A stretch of 64,000 nucleotides of DNA, from positions 73,012,432 through 73,076,431 of the forward strand of contig JARDVH010000132.1 in NCBI GenBank assembly GCA_030324005.1, given 5' to 3'. A model generated the notes under the pieces. That model saw only the letters and a program-made list of their open reading frames with translations. It had not been told where the DNA came from and did not search any database. The stretch's first letter is position 1, and each line of letters opens with the position of its first letter. The translations under genes and the position numbers were made by a program. Of this stretch, positions 13,427-25,855 are shown piece by piece. This DNA comes from Negaprion brevirostris. Its lineage: Eukaryota.

Positions 13427-15378
13427 TAGAATCATAGAATCCCACAGTGCAGAAGGATGCCATTCAGCCCATTGAGTCTTCACCGACAGACAATCCCACC
13501 CTATCCCCTTAACTTCGTGTATTTACCCTGCTAATCCTTCTGACACTGAGGGATAATTTAGCATAGCCGTTCCACCTAATCTGCACATGAGATCCTAAAT
13601 GAACATTTTTAATCAGTATTTACTGCTGAGAAAAGCATGGATGTTAGGGAACTTGGGGAAATAAATAGTGATGACTTGAGGAGTGTACACATTACAGAGA
13701 AGGGGGTGCTGGAAGTCTTAAAGTCCAAGGTAGATAAATCCCCGGGACCTGATGACGTATATCCCAGGACATTGTGGGAGGCTAGGGAGGAAATTGCGGG
13801 TTCCTCTAGCAGGGATGTTTGAATCATCGATAGTCACAGCTGAAGTGCTTGAAGATTGGAGAGTGGCAAATATTGTGCCTTTGTTTCAAAACGGCTGCAG
13901 GGAAAAGCCTGAGAATTACAAGCCAGTGAGCTTCACATCTGTGGTGGGTAAGTTATTGGAAGGTATTTTGAGAGACAGGATCTAGAAGCATTGAGATATG
14001 CAAGGGCTGATTAGGGACAGTCAGTATGGCTTTGTGGGTGGAAAATCNNNNNNNNNNNNNNNNNNNNNNNNNNNNNNNNNNNNNNNNNNNNNNNNNNNNN
14101 NNNNNNNNNNNNNNNNNNNNNNNGACAAGGTACTGCATGGTTAAATCTCACGAGATCCAGGGTGAAGTAGCTAAATGGATACAAAATTGGCTTGATGAAG
14201 AAGCCAGAGGGTGGTTCAAATTGGAGGTCTGCAGTGTACCTCAGGGATCAGTGCTGGGTCCACTGTTATTTGGCATTTATACTAATGATTTGGTTGAGAA
14301 TATAGGAGGCATTGTTACTAAGTTTGCAGATGACATCAAGATTGGTGGCATAATACACAGTGAAGAAGGTTATCTAGGATTGCAATGGGATCTTGATCAA
14401 CTGGGAAAGTGGGCTCACAAGTGACAGATGGAGTTTAATTTAGATAAACGCGAGGTGATGCATTTTGGCAGGACTTACTCAGTTAATGGTAGGGCCTTGG
14501 GAGAGTTACAGAACAAAGAGATCTTGGGGTACAGGTTCATAACTCCTTGAAAGTGGAGTCACAGGTGGACAGAGTGGTGAAGAAGGCATTTAGTATGTTT
14601 GATTTCATTGTTCAGAACATTGAATACAGGAGTTGGGACATCTTGTTGAAATTGTATAAGACATTGGTAAGGCCACAGTTGGAAAACTGTGTATGTTCTG
14701 GTCACCCTATTATAGAAAAAGTATTATTAAACTAGAAAGAGTGCAGAAAATATTTACTGGGATGCTACCAGAACTTGATAGTTTGAGTTATAAGGAGAGG
14801 CTGGATAGATGGGGACATTTTCCTCTGGAATGTTGGAGGCTGAGGGGCAATCTTCTTGAGGTCTATAAAATAATGAGGGGCATAGATCAGTTAGATGATC
14901 AATACCTTTGCCCAAAGGTAGGGGAGTCTAAAACTAGAGGGCATAGATTTAAGGTGAGATGGGAGAGATACAGATGGGTTCAGAGGGACAATTTTTTCAC
15001 ACAGAGAGTGGTGAATGTCTGGAACAAGCTGCAAAGCAGTAGTAGAGGCGGGTACAATTTTGTCTTTTAAAAATCGTTTAGACAATNNNNNNNNNNNNNN
15101 NNNNNNNNNGAGGGATATGGGCCAAATGTGGGCAATTGGGACTAGCTTAGGGGTTTAAAAAAAGGGTGGCATGGACAAGTTGGGCCAAAGGGCCTGTTTA
15201 AATGCTGTAAGCCTTTATGACTCTATCTTTGTACTGTGAGAGGAAACCAGTGCACCCAAAGGAAACCCCCACAGACATGGAGAGATCGTGCAAATTCCAA
15301 TCATGAGGTCAGAATTGAACCTGGGTCCCTAGTGCTGTGAGGCAGCAGTGCTGTCCACTGTGCCACCATGCTGACCCA
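13427..15378 (-). mobile_element. HE1-like SINE (tail type B) split in two (13427-13588 and 15227-15378) by a CR1 insertion
   Basis: Joining ..CCTAATCTGCACAT to CTTTGTACTGTGAGAGGAAACC.. restores the continuous sequence seen at 37141-37180. Confidence 0.8.
13589..15226 (+). mobile_element. 5'-truncated CR1/HER1-like LINE (RT domain to 3' tail)
   Basis: KSPGPDDVYPR, DWRVANIVPLF, VPQGSVLGPLLF, KFADDIK, FFTQRVVNVWNKL; stops and frameshifts; tail ending ATGACTCTAT. Confidence 0.92.
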
Positions 15379-16060
15379 ATTTAATCAATTAAATTTCAAT
15401 GGAGTATGTTCATAAGATAAAAGAATTGAAATCCAAAAAAAGAATTAATATTGGCACAATTACTTTTGGATAACTGAAAATACAATAATATCACAAGTTT
15501 AACAAATAAATTCATATAAATGAAACTGCCAAGAGATCTTGGTGCAAATCATATTTTTTGACCAAAACAACTAAAAATTATGAACAAGGCCATGGAAGAC
15601 CACAAGAACTGATTCAATGGCAGCTGGGTCATGGCAAATAGAATTGGTTCTTGCTAGCTTATAGCACCAAAATGAAAACAATTCCTTCAAAATAACTTCC
15701 CTGATTTTTTTTCAAAATCCTATTGTGTATGCAAATAATGATATTTGGAATTAATAGACTATAGGCCATTATCTAGAGGACTTTGACTTCTAGCACTGTC
15801 TACACAGTGAAATACAAATGCATATTACAGAATAAGTGTTCCACAACTTAAAACAAACATTGATCCAGGTCATTTTAAGAAATGGTTCTGCTGCTGAATT
15901 TCATAACTAATTGCAATTTTATAGTTGACATCAGGAAACAGTAGGGAGACTCAAAACAACCTGACATATTTTGTTTTACCCAGATGGTGGATAATAAAAA
16001 TTAATCCTGTAAAATAACATGTTGAGTGCAAATGAAGCCGAAAAAAGGAAGAGCCCATTA

Positions 16061-16116
16061 TCAAGCAAAAACTCCCATATATTTTTTCTGAAAATATCTG
16101 GGGAGTTTTTGCTTGA
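16061..16116. repeat. Near-perfect hairpin/palindrome
   Basis: TCAAGCAAAAACTCCC is the exact reverse complement of GGGAGTTTTTGCTTGA; inner ATATTTT/AAAATAT extends the stem. Confidence 0.85.
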
Positions 16117-17179
16117 CAATCTTTTATCTGAGTCTGAAAAATGCTTCAGTTGAAATGATTGTCAGAATATAAAAATACTACATTTTGTGATAATTGTAAA
16201 TTTAATTGCAGGACAAAAATGGGTGCTAGCCTATTTCCCAACTCACCTGGCTTTGTTTTTATTTTTGTGCTTCTTACACCCACAGCGGTGCTGGGTTCTT
16301 GCCAGCATACACTCACCACACTTCTGATCATTGCTGACACCTCCCTCCCAGCCAGCGGGACTTAATTGAGTGCTGCTACTGACATTACAGTGGTCTAAAA
16401 TTGTGCTTCATTTCACTGGCAAGCTGCCTGGGGATATGCCTTGGAGGAGGTCCCAAGGATAAGGGAAAGCTGTTCACAGCTAGTAAAGATCTTGGAAAAT
16501 AATTCCATTTTCATTCAGCTGAGAGCTTGCCTTTTCTTCTTGGCAAAATTCCATTGAGAAGCACATAAACTGAGTTACCTGCTTGAGCGCATCTGTGACT
16601 TCTTAATATAATACTACAGAGACAATGGACTAGTGTCACTGGCATTACTCATACTCATCCTAAAGGCTCATGAGTAGGCCTGATTTCTTATCATACTAGC
16701 TGCGTGGGAACTTCTGGCATAACCTCCTTACTTTCCATAATGTGGGATAGGTGTGTCAATGATGAAGGTTTCTGACATCATCTGTGATAAGCCACTGTTC
16801 TTGTTTCAATCATCACCTCCTTAATATTCTTCCCATCATTTTCCTTAAAATATAGAAAAGAAAGTTCCTGCAGAAGAATTCATCACTTCCTGGATTTTTT
16901 AAAAAAATTCCCATTATTTAATTGGCTATGATTTCAGTAGAACACTTTCAGTTTGTGCCAGCATTACTTCAAAAAAAGGGAAAACTGGCTGGATGCGGTT
17001 AGGAAATCAAATCCTGAAGCTCTGGCTATTATTATTCACAAAGAGACCCAAACAGAGATCAGAAGGAAATATGAATCTCATAGTCTCATGTGAATTCTTG
17101 TGGAACATGTAATTGTTCTTTTGAATCAGACATTTCACTGCCTGCAAAGGCTGATGTCCTGGGGTTGGGGGGGAGGGGG

Positions 17180-18258
17180 GAACGCTCAAAGCATTCTAAA
17201 TAAAATGAATGAATTAGTTACGCAGATACATGTCTCAGGGTATGATATAATTGAGATTACAAAATCATGGCTTCAAGGCGATCAGGATGGGAAATGACAT
17301 TGAGGGTTATTCAGTGTTTAGGAAGACCGGACAGAATGGAAAAGCTCATGGAGTTGCATTATTGATTAAAGAAGATAGTGATACAATATTGAGGGACAGT
17401 AGTAGCACAGACGATGTTGGATCTACATGGGTCAAGTTAAGAAACACCAAGGGACAATAACCATTTGTGGGGATGTATACAGACTACCAAACTGTAGTGG
17501 TAATTTTGGGAATAGCATTAAACAGGAAATCATAGTTGCGTGTGATAAAGGAACATCTGTAATTATGGGTATCATTAATCTACATATAGATTGGGTGAGT
17601 CAAATCAGTCACAGTACAATAGAGGAAGAATTTCTGGAGTGTATATGCGACGGTTTTCTGGACCAATACATTGAGAAACCAACAAGGAAGCAGACCATCT
17701 TGGACTGGGTATTGTGCAATGGGAAAGGATCTGTTGGCAATCTTGTTCTGAGAGATCCCTTGGGGATGGATAACCATAATATGATAAAATTCTTTATCAA
17801 GGTGGATAGCGAAATAGTTGACCCCGAGAACAGGTTCCTGAATCTCAATAAAGGCAACTATGATGGTATGACATATGACTTGACCATGATGGACAGGGAA
17901 ACATTATTGAAAGGAGGGACAGTGGATTGCAGTAGCAAGCATTTAAGGAATGAATAGGTGAACTCAAAAGTTGTTTATTTCTATTTGACGCAAGAGTGGA
18001 AAGGGGACTATGGCCAAACTATGGCTTACAAGGGAACTTAAGAAATAATATTAGATTCAAAGAAGAAACATTCAAATTGGCAAGAAAAAGCAACAGATCT
18101 GAGGATTGGGAACAGTATAAAATTCAGCAAAGGTGGACCAAGGGATTGATTAAGAAGGGGAAAATAGAATATGAAAGCAGATGGTGGGAAACATAAAAAC
18201 TGACTGTAAAAGTTTCTATACATATTCAAAGAGAAAAAGATTGATGAAAACAAATGTT
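17180..18258 (+). mobile_element. CR1-like LINE ORF2 AP-endonuclease fragment
   Basis: NAQSILNKMNEL..YDIIEITKSWL, VYRLPN, PTRKQTILDWVLCN, LGMDNHNMI are decayed APE motifs; frameshifted. Confidence 0.85.
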
Positions 18259-18622
18259 ATAGAATCAAAGAATCATACAGTACAGAAGAGGCCCTTAGGC
18301 CCATTGAGTCTGCACCAAACTCCTACTTAATCCCACCTGCCTGCCCTTGGCCCATACCTCTGAATGATACGTTGTGCCAAGTGTTAATCCACACACTTTT
18401 TAATGATATGAGGCAACTTGCCTCTACCACTGTCCCAGGTAGTGCATTCCAGACCATCACCACACTCTGAGTTAAAAAGGATCTTTCCTCACATTCCCCC
18501 ATAAACCTCCTGCCCTCACCTTAAACCTATGTTCCCTCTCTGAGCGTTCAACTAAATGGAACAACTGCTCCTTATCCACTCTGTCCATGTCTCTCTTAAT
18601 CTTGTACCACTCAATCAAGTCG
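18258..18622 (-). mobile_element. CR1-like LINE 3' end
   Basis: Minus frame DLIEWYKIKRDMDRVDKEQLF..HRFKVR; ATAGAATC tail. Confidence 0.8.
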
Positions 18623-19859
18623 NNNNNNNNNNNNNNNNNNNNNNNNNNNNNNNNNNNNNNNNNNNNNNNNNNNNNNNNNNNNNNNNNNNNNNNNNNNNNN
18701 NNNNNNNNNNNNNNNNNNNNNNNNNNNNNNNNNNNNNNNNNNNNNNNNNNNNNNNNNNNNNNNNNNNNNNNNNNNNNNNNNNNNNNNNNNNNNNNNNNNN
18801 NNNNNNNNNNNNNNNNNNNNNNNNNNNNNNNNNNNNNNNNNNNNNNNNNNNNNNNNNNNNNNNNNNNNNNNNNNNNNNNNNNNNNNNNNNNNNNNNNNNN
18901 NNNNNNNNNNNNNNNNNNNNNNNNNNNNNNNNNNNNNNNNNNNNNNNNNNNNNNNNNNNNNNNNNNNNNNNNNNNNNNNNNNNNNNNNNNNNNNNNNNNN
19001 NNNNNNNNNNNNNNNNNNNNNNNNNNNNNNNNNNNNNNNNNNNNNNNNNNNNNNNNNNNNNNNNNNNNNNNNNNNNNNNNNNNNNNNNNNNNNNNNNNNN
19101 NNNNNNNNNNNNNNNNNNNNNNNNNNNNNNNNNNNNNNNNNNNNNNNNNNNNNNNNNNNNNNNNNNNNNNNNNNNNNNNNNNNNNNNNNNNNNNNNNNNN
19201 NNNNNNNNNNNNNNNNNNNNNNNNNNNNNNNNNNNNNNNNNNNNNNNNNNNNNNNNNNNNNNNNNNNNNNNNNNNNNNNNNNNNNNNNNNNNNNNNNNNN
19301 NNNNNNNNNNNNNNNNNNNNNNNNNNNNNNNNNNNNNNNNNNNNNNNNNNNNNNNNNNNNNNNNNNNNNNNNNNNNNNNNNNNACTGACAATGGGACGGC
19401 GGCGCGGGCTCGTTGGGCCGAAGGGCCTGTTTCCCGTGCTGTGTTGTTCTTCTTCTTCTTCTTCTTCTATCCCTCTGACTTGGCTGAGACTGGAAATTCC
19501 CACCCAAGGTCAACAGAGATTTCTGTTGTCGGACCCTCACTCACACCAATTCCACGGTGGGCAAGGCGGTAGATTACTGGAATTTTTATTTGTCTTCAAA
19601 ATACACCTTGCAGGTTTTTCACCTTTGATTAGAAGCATTCGCATCAGTGCCACATATGGGTATAATTAAAGTAAATGAGTCTGATATTTTTAAACACACT
19701 TGGCCCTGTTTCAAGTGTATGACGGAGAAAAGGAAGCACTGAAGGGGTTGTAAATTGTTGAGACCCAAGATATGCTTATGATGTTGCAATTGCTTTGAGA
19801 TTTGGACCATAGTTCAATCTCTGACTTGCTGCTAAAGAAACCAGTTTTCATTAAAAAAA

Positions 19860-20052
19860 AGCAGGGGCGTTACTCCTGGTATCTTGGAAAATATTTAACA
19901 CCCAACCAACATCACCAAAGTAGATCATCTGGTCAATATTGCACTGTTGTTTGTGGGAGCTTGTTGTGTACAAATTGGCATTTCAGAAGAATTTCATTAA
20001 TTGCTTTCAGAAAGTGTTGAAAGGAACTTTGTAAATGCAAGTCTTTCTTCTT
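19860..20052 (+). mobile_element. DeuSINE (SacSINE1-like) Deu-domain and 3' tail
   Basis: CAACCAACATCACC..ATCTGGTCAAT..TGTTTGTGGGAGCTTG..CAAATTGG and tail TAAATGCAAGTCTTTC match the recalled SacSINE1 consensus. Confidence 0.65.
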
Positions 20053-20313
20053 TAAGTAAAAGCTCATCATCTGCTGAAACTTTTCATGTCTTCAGTATGC
20101 TGGATTTGAAAAATCCAATGCATCTGTCGCCTCTCCTTAGATCCTCTTCTATTCCTACATATTCCTGCTCCCTCCATATCCCACTTTCCTTTTGCTCCAA
20201 TTCATCCTTCCTTCCCATTCATCCCCCTTCTTTTCTGAAAACCCTCCTCCCCATCTCCCATCTTGCCCCATTCTCCTTCACCCTTCATTCCCATCTCCCC
20301 TCCTCCCCCTCCG

Positions 20314-20594
20314 AAGTTTATCTATTTATTAGTGTCACAAATAGGCTTACGTTAACACTACAATGAGGTTACTGTAAATATCCCATTGCCGCCACACTCC
20401 AACACCTGTTCAGGTAACTGAGGGAGAATTTAACATGGTCAATGCACCTGACCAGCACATCTTTTGGACTATGGGAGGAAACCCACACAGACACAGAAAG
20501 CATGTGCAAACTCTGCACAGACAGTGACCCAAACTAGGAATTGAACCCAGGTTCCTGGTGCTGTGAGGCAGCACTGCTAACCACTGTGTCACCA
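20314..20594 (-). mobile_element. HE1/V-SINE-like SINE (tail type A)
   Basis: Reverse complement of the copies at 3320 and 11565. Confidence 0.85.
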
Positions 20595-20659
20595 ACTCCT
20601 TCTCCCACCAGCATGGCTTTGCCAGTTGTTTTTAGAAACCTTGAAACTCTCAGCAGCTT

Positions 20660-20772
20660 TGGGTTGTGTGTCTCCCTCTCTCTCCCCCTCCCTCTCTAGG
20701 TTATGTGTCTCTCTCTAGGTTGTGTTTGTGTGTGTCCCCCTCCCTTCCTCCCTTTCTCTCTCTCTCTCTCAC
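20660..20772. repeat. CT/GT low-complexity tract upstream of the promoter
   Basis: (CT)n and (GT)n runs with repeated CTCTCTAGGTT units. Confidence 0.7.
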
Positions 20773-20784
20773 AGAGTTTCTCAG

Positions 20785-21460
20785 CCCCGTGGGGTTTTGC
20801 GGTTTATTTTTAAACCCGCTCTGTTGACGGTCTCCTGGTGACCAGTGGACAAACAGCCAATCAGCTGGGCCGAGAGGCCGGAGCGGCGCGCGCCACCGCG
20901 CGGGGGCGCCTCAGAGCCGTTAATGGAGCTCGAGAGCGGGTGGTGGTGAGTGTGTGTGTTTGCAGCCCGAGCGGTTCTTCCCGGGTAAGATATTCACTCC
21001 GGTTATCCCCATCTGTGGATTTGATGGCGGTGCCGGTTTGTCTGAGTGGCGTAGTCAGCTAACCCTGTGTGAATTCGATAAATTTTCCATATAGATTTCA
21101 CAGCTGGTGAAAACTTGGTCGCCCGCGGGGGAAGGAGCAGGGACTTGATGGGGGGTTGGGCTAAAATGTGATTGACGTTCGCCTGAGCCAATGGGGGTGC
21201 GATGGAGCGGACGGGGTGGGTGCAATGCCGGCGTCTGGTGGAGCAGCCAATAGACGTGAGGCCGGAGCTGGGGGTCGTGGATAGTGGGCGGAGCTGGAGC
21301 CGGTGGGCGGGACCAGTGTGGAATGTTGGTGTTGCAGCGTTCGGCCAGGGCAGTGTTGCAGACGCGCGTCTCGAGTGTGAGTTGTGAATGTATGAGAGAG
21401 GGGGATGTTCGTGGTGTGGGAGCGTGTGTCTAAAACAAGCTGTGAGTATAACATCCAGCC
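20785..21460 (+). promoter_or_regulatory. ARL4A: CpG-island promoter of ARL4A
   Basis: Only CpG-dense stretch in the window; CCAAT boxes at 20857, 21188, 21247; GC boxes GGGCGG at 21286 and 21305; TGACG half-sites; lies 1.4-2 kb upstream of the CDS. Confidence 0.8.
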
Positions 21461-21785
21461 AGCTTCTCAGTACACTCAACCTTTCAGGGTGGCTGCTTCA
21501 CCGAACGAGTAATGAAGCAGTGAGGCACAGTGTGCCGTGGTTAAATCATTTTCTTAAAAAAAAGTTAACCAGCGGAATTAAATTAGTTTGTGCTGATCGA
21601 GTTGTTGTCCGGAGCCAAGCTCCCTCTCCCAACTGTAGGAACAGATTTGAAGGGTTTAGTCAGGATCGCACGAACTCACCTTCACAGAAATTGCCATAAG
21701 CAGTAGCAGCAGCAGCCTAGGATGTTTGTAATGTTGCACTGCCAAGACTTGTTGAATCGTAAGCTGCAGTTTGTGTTGTGTGGAA

Positions 21786-22670
21786 GTAAGTGATTTCTTA
21801 AATATATATTTAAAAACGAATGAGTTAGTATTAGATAGTTTTAAACGATTTGATTTGACGGAAAGCGGGATTAAATACCGTAGAATAAAAAGTTCACGTT
21901 GTAGCTTGTGTCTGACTGGGCTTTTTTTTTAAATCCCGGATTGAGCAAAGGTGAGCAGAGTACCAGCGCGAATTTGTAGCTTTAATCTTGCCGCTGAGGA
22001 GTTTAATAGGGGAATTCTAACGTTTTTTTAAAGTTGTGTGTTTTGAGGATTTCTCGCTGAGTTCGGAGTGGTTGTAACTTGACAGTTGAACAAATAGCCC
22101 GGCTTTTTCAATACGCGTAGTGTTGGTTGGAAAAGTCGGTGCATGCAGTGTAAATGGTTTACCACAGTTGGGTTTATTTATATTTTGTGCTTTTGCTCCG
22201 TGACTTTAGACGGTTGTGCAAAATAATTCAGGGATTTGATTTTTTTTGTGCTTAGCTTGTTTCGGCGGGCGTTGGAAGTGACTGTTAACACAATCTTGTT
22301 AAATCTGAGCGCATTGCCAATATTTTATTGCAATTTTTAGTCTTTTGAAAGTGAGATCTGTTTTCACTCTACATTGCGGCGAGGAACTCAAACCTAGCGA
22401 TGCTAGTGCATGGTTGTGCCTTTGGTCTAGATTTGATGTGCAATCGTTCAGGATTTAATTAAACCCCACTATACACAGTTGTTCGGTACATTGGAGTGGC
22501 GTGTTTTAGAAACTTTTCAAAATCCCATATGGATTATTTGACTGGTTAACAATGGAAGCTGCGATATTTTACTTTCAGATGTGACCTAATTATTGACATG
22601 CGCAGCCGTTTGTTTTTTCCTCCTTCATTATGCATCCATATAATGCGTGTGTTTTTTAATTTTTATTTAG
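21786..22670 (+). other. ARL4A: Predicted 5' UTR intron of ARL4A
   Basis: Donor GAA|GTAAGT at 21786; T-rich acceptor TTTTTATTTAG ending 22670; ARL4 genes characteristically have non-coding first exons and an intronless CDS. Confidence 0.65.
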
Positions 22671-22803
22671 ATAATATTTAAACTGCACGGGATTCTCGTA
22701 GTTTCGGGATTCTCGCAGACTGGAATGATCAGCAATATTTGGAACTAACTGTCCAAGTCTTTCAGTGTGGACTTCTACATTTCCCTTTTCCCTCCAATCC
22801 GAG

Positions 22804-23406
22804 ATGGGTAATGGACTTTCAGATCAAACGCCTATTTTATCAAGTTTCCCATCATTTCAGTCTCTTCACATAGTTATACTGGGTTTGGACTGTGCTGGCA
22901 AAACTACAGTTCTGTACAGATTACAGTTCAATGAATTTGTCAACACTGTCCCAACAAAAGGATTTAATACTGAAAAAATCCGAGTGACTTTGGGGAACTC
23001 AAAATCAGTGACTTTCCATTTCTGGGATGTAGGTGGTCAAGAGAAACTGAGACCACTCTGGAAATCTTATACTCGCTGCACAGATGGCATTATCTTTGTG
23101 GTGGACTCAGTAGATGTAGAAAGGATGGAAGAAGCCAAAACAGAATTGCATAAAATAACCAGGATCTCTGAGAACCAAGGTGTGCCAGTGCTTTTGATTG
23201 CCAACAAACAAGATCTCAGGAACTGCCTCTCCCTCTCTGAAGTGGAGAAACTGTTAGCTTTGAGTGAAATAAGCTCCTCGACCCCATGGCACCTTCAACC
23301 TACCTGTGCTATCATAGGAGATGGGCTTAGGGAGGGACTGGAAAAACTTTACGAAATGATTATCAAGAGGCGGAAAATGTTGAAACAGCAAAAAAAGAAG
23401 AGATGA
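22804..23406 (+). CDS. ARL4A: ADP-ribosylation factor-like GTPase 4A (200 aa, single coding exon)
   Basis: [10 protein letters not shown]-terminus (myristoylation Gly2), P-loop [26 protein letters not shown], basic C-terminus [13 protein letters not shown]; ATG at 22804 in GAGATGG Kozak context; TGA 23404-23406. Confidence 0.97.
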   Translation: MGNGLSDQTPILSSFPSFQSLHIVILGLDCAGKTTVLYRLQFNEFVNTVPTKGFNTEKIRVTLGNSKSVTFHFWDVGGQEKLRPLWKSYTRCTDGIIFVVDSVDVERMEEAKTELHKITRISENQGVPVLLIANKQDLRNCLSLSEVEKLLALSEISSSTPWHLQPTCAIIGDGLREGLEKLYEMIIKRRKMLKQQKKKR

Positions 23407-25833
23407 TTGTACAACAGTTGAAGATATTTTGTATTTTGAAAGCTGAAATGTTTCTACACTGGTCATTACACCTGTAGCCCTTTGACAATGTTTATGTCAA
23501 AAATGCAAATCTAGTGAGACCTTATGCAGACTTTATTAGTGGGATCACACAGGAAAGTGGATATGATAAATGTGGAGAGCAGTTTTACTGGCATAAAACC
23601 ATCAACATCCTTTGTTAGACCAAAATATATTCAAATCTGTAGTATTTTGTTTTATATTCATTGACACCTTGTGATTAAGTGTATGTGTAAGTCAAGTGTT
23701 CCATTTTTTTGGCCTGCAAGACCAGGTACCTGTTACAGCACAATATTATTTTTAGGCCAATTGGACACTAAAAATATTTGGATGTGAACTATTGCAATAC
23801 AAGGAATATTTACCAAAATTACTTGGAAGAAATGGCTGCTACAGATTGTGGTTTTTAAAATGTTTAAGTGCTCTTCTGTTTTTGGTGTAAGAGAAGTTTA
23901 TTGCTGTTTGTTGTCTTTGGCCAAATAACGGTCAGAGACTAATTAAAATGAGATGCTACTTGTATTGAAGAAAAGGCTCCAAATATATTATCTGTAGCGT
24001 GTTGACAAGGCTGTATCTCTCTAAGTTGGTGGNNNNNNNNNNNNNNNNNNNNNNNNNNCACTGGGGAGAGAGGAGGTAAAACGTGGAACACTGTGTTTAA
24101 CTGACCTTGAACCTTGTCTTCTGAAGTTTCTTTTATAGACACAGGAATGTAGCAATCACATGTTAGTCTGTTCTTGTTACTGATATTCACATTAAAGTTG
24201 CTGTGAAGCCTCATTTCTAAGCAGTGTTAACTTTGGGAAGGTAGACTTTATACCATATATAAGCTGTGACTTGAGATGTAATAGAAACTAAAGACCTTTT
24301 AGGCCTGCATGTGTTGCCAACTGTACAATTTACCAATTAAAGTTAGTTAGGGCAGCTTTGCCATTAATTGTAGTATTTGGTGCCACCTTTTTAAGAGTGT
24401 GTGTGTGGAAACTTGAGATTTAATTTTCTTTAAAGGTTGCATATTTCTCTACATATGATTCATATTAAANNNNNNNNNNGTGAAGAATTGGAGAGGTTTG
24501 GTTCGAGCGAAAATAAAGTATCTGTATTGTGGCCTCATGAAGGGATGGTACCATTCTAATAAAACTACAACTGGCCAGCAGTAACTAGATATGGAGTGTA
24601 CACAGATCATACAGATCAACAAAACATCAAGTTATTCCAAATTCATACAGTTTAAATTGAATATTCTCCTCAGCACACAAGATCAACTTGCAACTTTGAG
24701 CAACTAAAATAATTTACACAATATTTAAATCTGTTAAACCAACCACTGAATTTTCTTATTGTATGACTACATTCTTCATATTGCAAGTAGGAAAAAAAAG
24801 GAGAATCTTTTTATTTTAATTGCTGAAATCTATCAGACAAAAGATAGTGACCCAGATTTAATCATGGGAATGCTGATAGTAACACATTTGTCGGGTTTTT
24901 TTTCCCCCATTTAAAATGTAGGCCAGGGTGTTCTTAGATTATCCTGAGCAAATGTATTTGATGTATAACCAGAATTCCGCACTCAAAAGCAAACAAAGCA
25001 ATATTGAGAGTTCTGTTTGATCAAAATGCGGGCTTGGCTTGAAGTTTATTCCCTATATGTTGCATTTAAGTTAACACCTCAAATGAACCTATAAATTCCT
25101 GAAACTTTTATAAACATGGATTTGATGTTTTCTACTTTTTGTTCCCCTGCCCTTTTAGGTTTGGAAAATATTGGGGCTCTGCGCTTACATGTTAATTGCT
25201 GAGGAAAATATTCACTTTTCATGTGTACAAAAGCACAGAATCTTGTGTGAACACGTGTATTCAAATTNNNNNNNNNNNNNNNNNNNNNNNNNNNNNNNNN
25301 NNNNNNNNNNNNNNNNNNNNNNNNNNNNNNNNNNNNNNNNNNNNNNNNNNNNNNNNNNNNNNNNNNNNNNNNNNNNNNNNNNNNNNNNNNNNNNNNNNNN
25401 AAGACAGGTCAATTCGTTATAATGTTCATTGTCATTAAACCTGATCAACTTGCAAAAAGCAATTAGCAAAAGCAAACTTATTGATTTGACATTAAAGTCT
25501 TAAAGGAAAATGTAACGATGCTATTACAAGCTGTCTATTTTTTATCTCCAAAGACCTTGTATTGGGACTTCCTTTGAGTTAATAGAGCTGTTGTTGATAC
25601 TTTACTGTACAGATTCTGGCACTGTAAATACCTTCTATTTGACTTGTACAGTGGCTTCAAGAAATGCACTTTAGTGTTCATTAAAGATCTTTGTGTAACA
25701 TCTGTTTTAACTTGTTTTAAGAATCGAATGACTGCTATGGATCTGTCTCTGATTATGTGTTTACCACCTGCACTAGTGGCATTGCTGTCACTGATTGGAA
25801 AAATTCTTTATATTTATATAAATGTTGGACCTT

Positions 25834-25855
25834 AATAAATACAACTCTGAATAAA
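25834..25855 (+). terminator. ARL4A: Tandem AATAAA polyadenylation signals, likely ARL4A distal 3' end
   Basis: AATAAA at 25834 and 25850 after an AU-rich ~2.4 kb stretch without recognisable repeats; upstream TGTA motifs; more proximal AATAAA near 24512 and 24558. Confidence 0.55.

Noticed and set aside
18472-19669. Long ORFs (258-360 aa) in the ORF track
   Set aside because: They are open only because they run through an N gap; same for 40023-40800, 25171-25475 and 27570-27960.
20838-21699. Several overlapping ORFs in the CpG island
   Set aside because: Expected in GC-rich promoter DNA; no protein motifs.
22765-22803. 13-aa N-terminal extension of ARL4A from a GTG start
   Set aside because: ARL4A needs Met-Gly for myristoylation; ATG 22804 has good Kozak context and gives the expected 200 aa.
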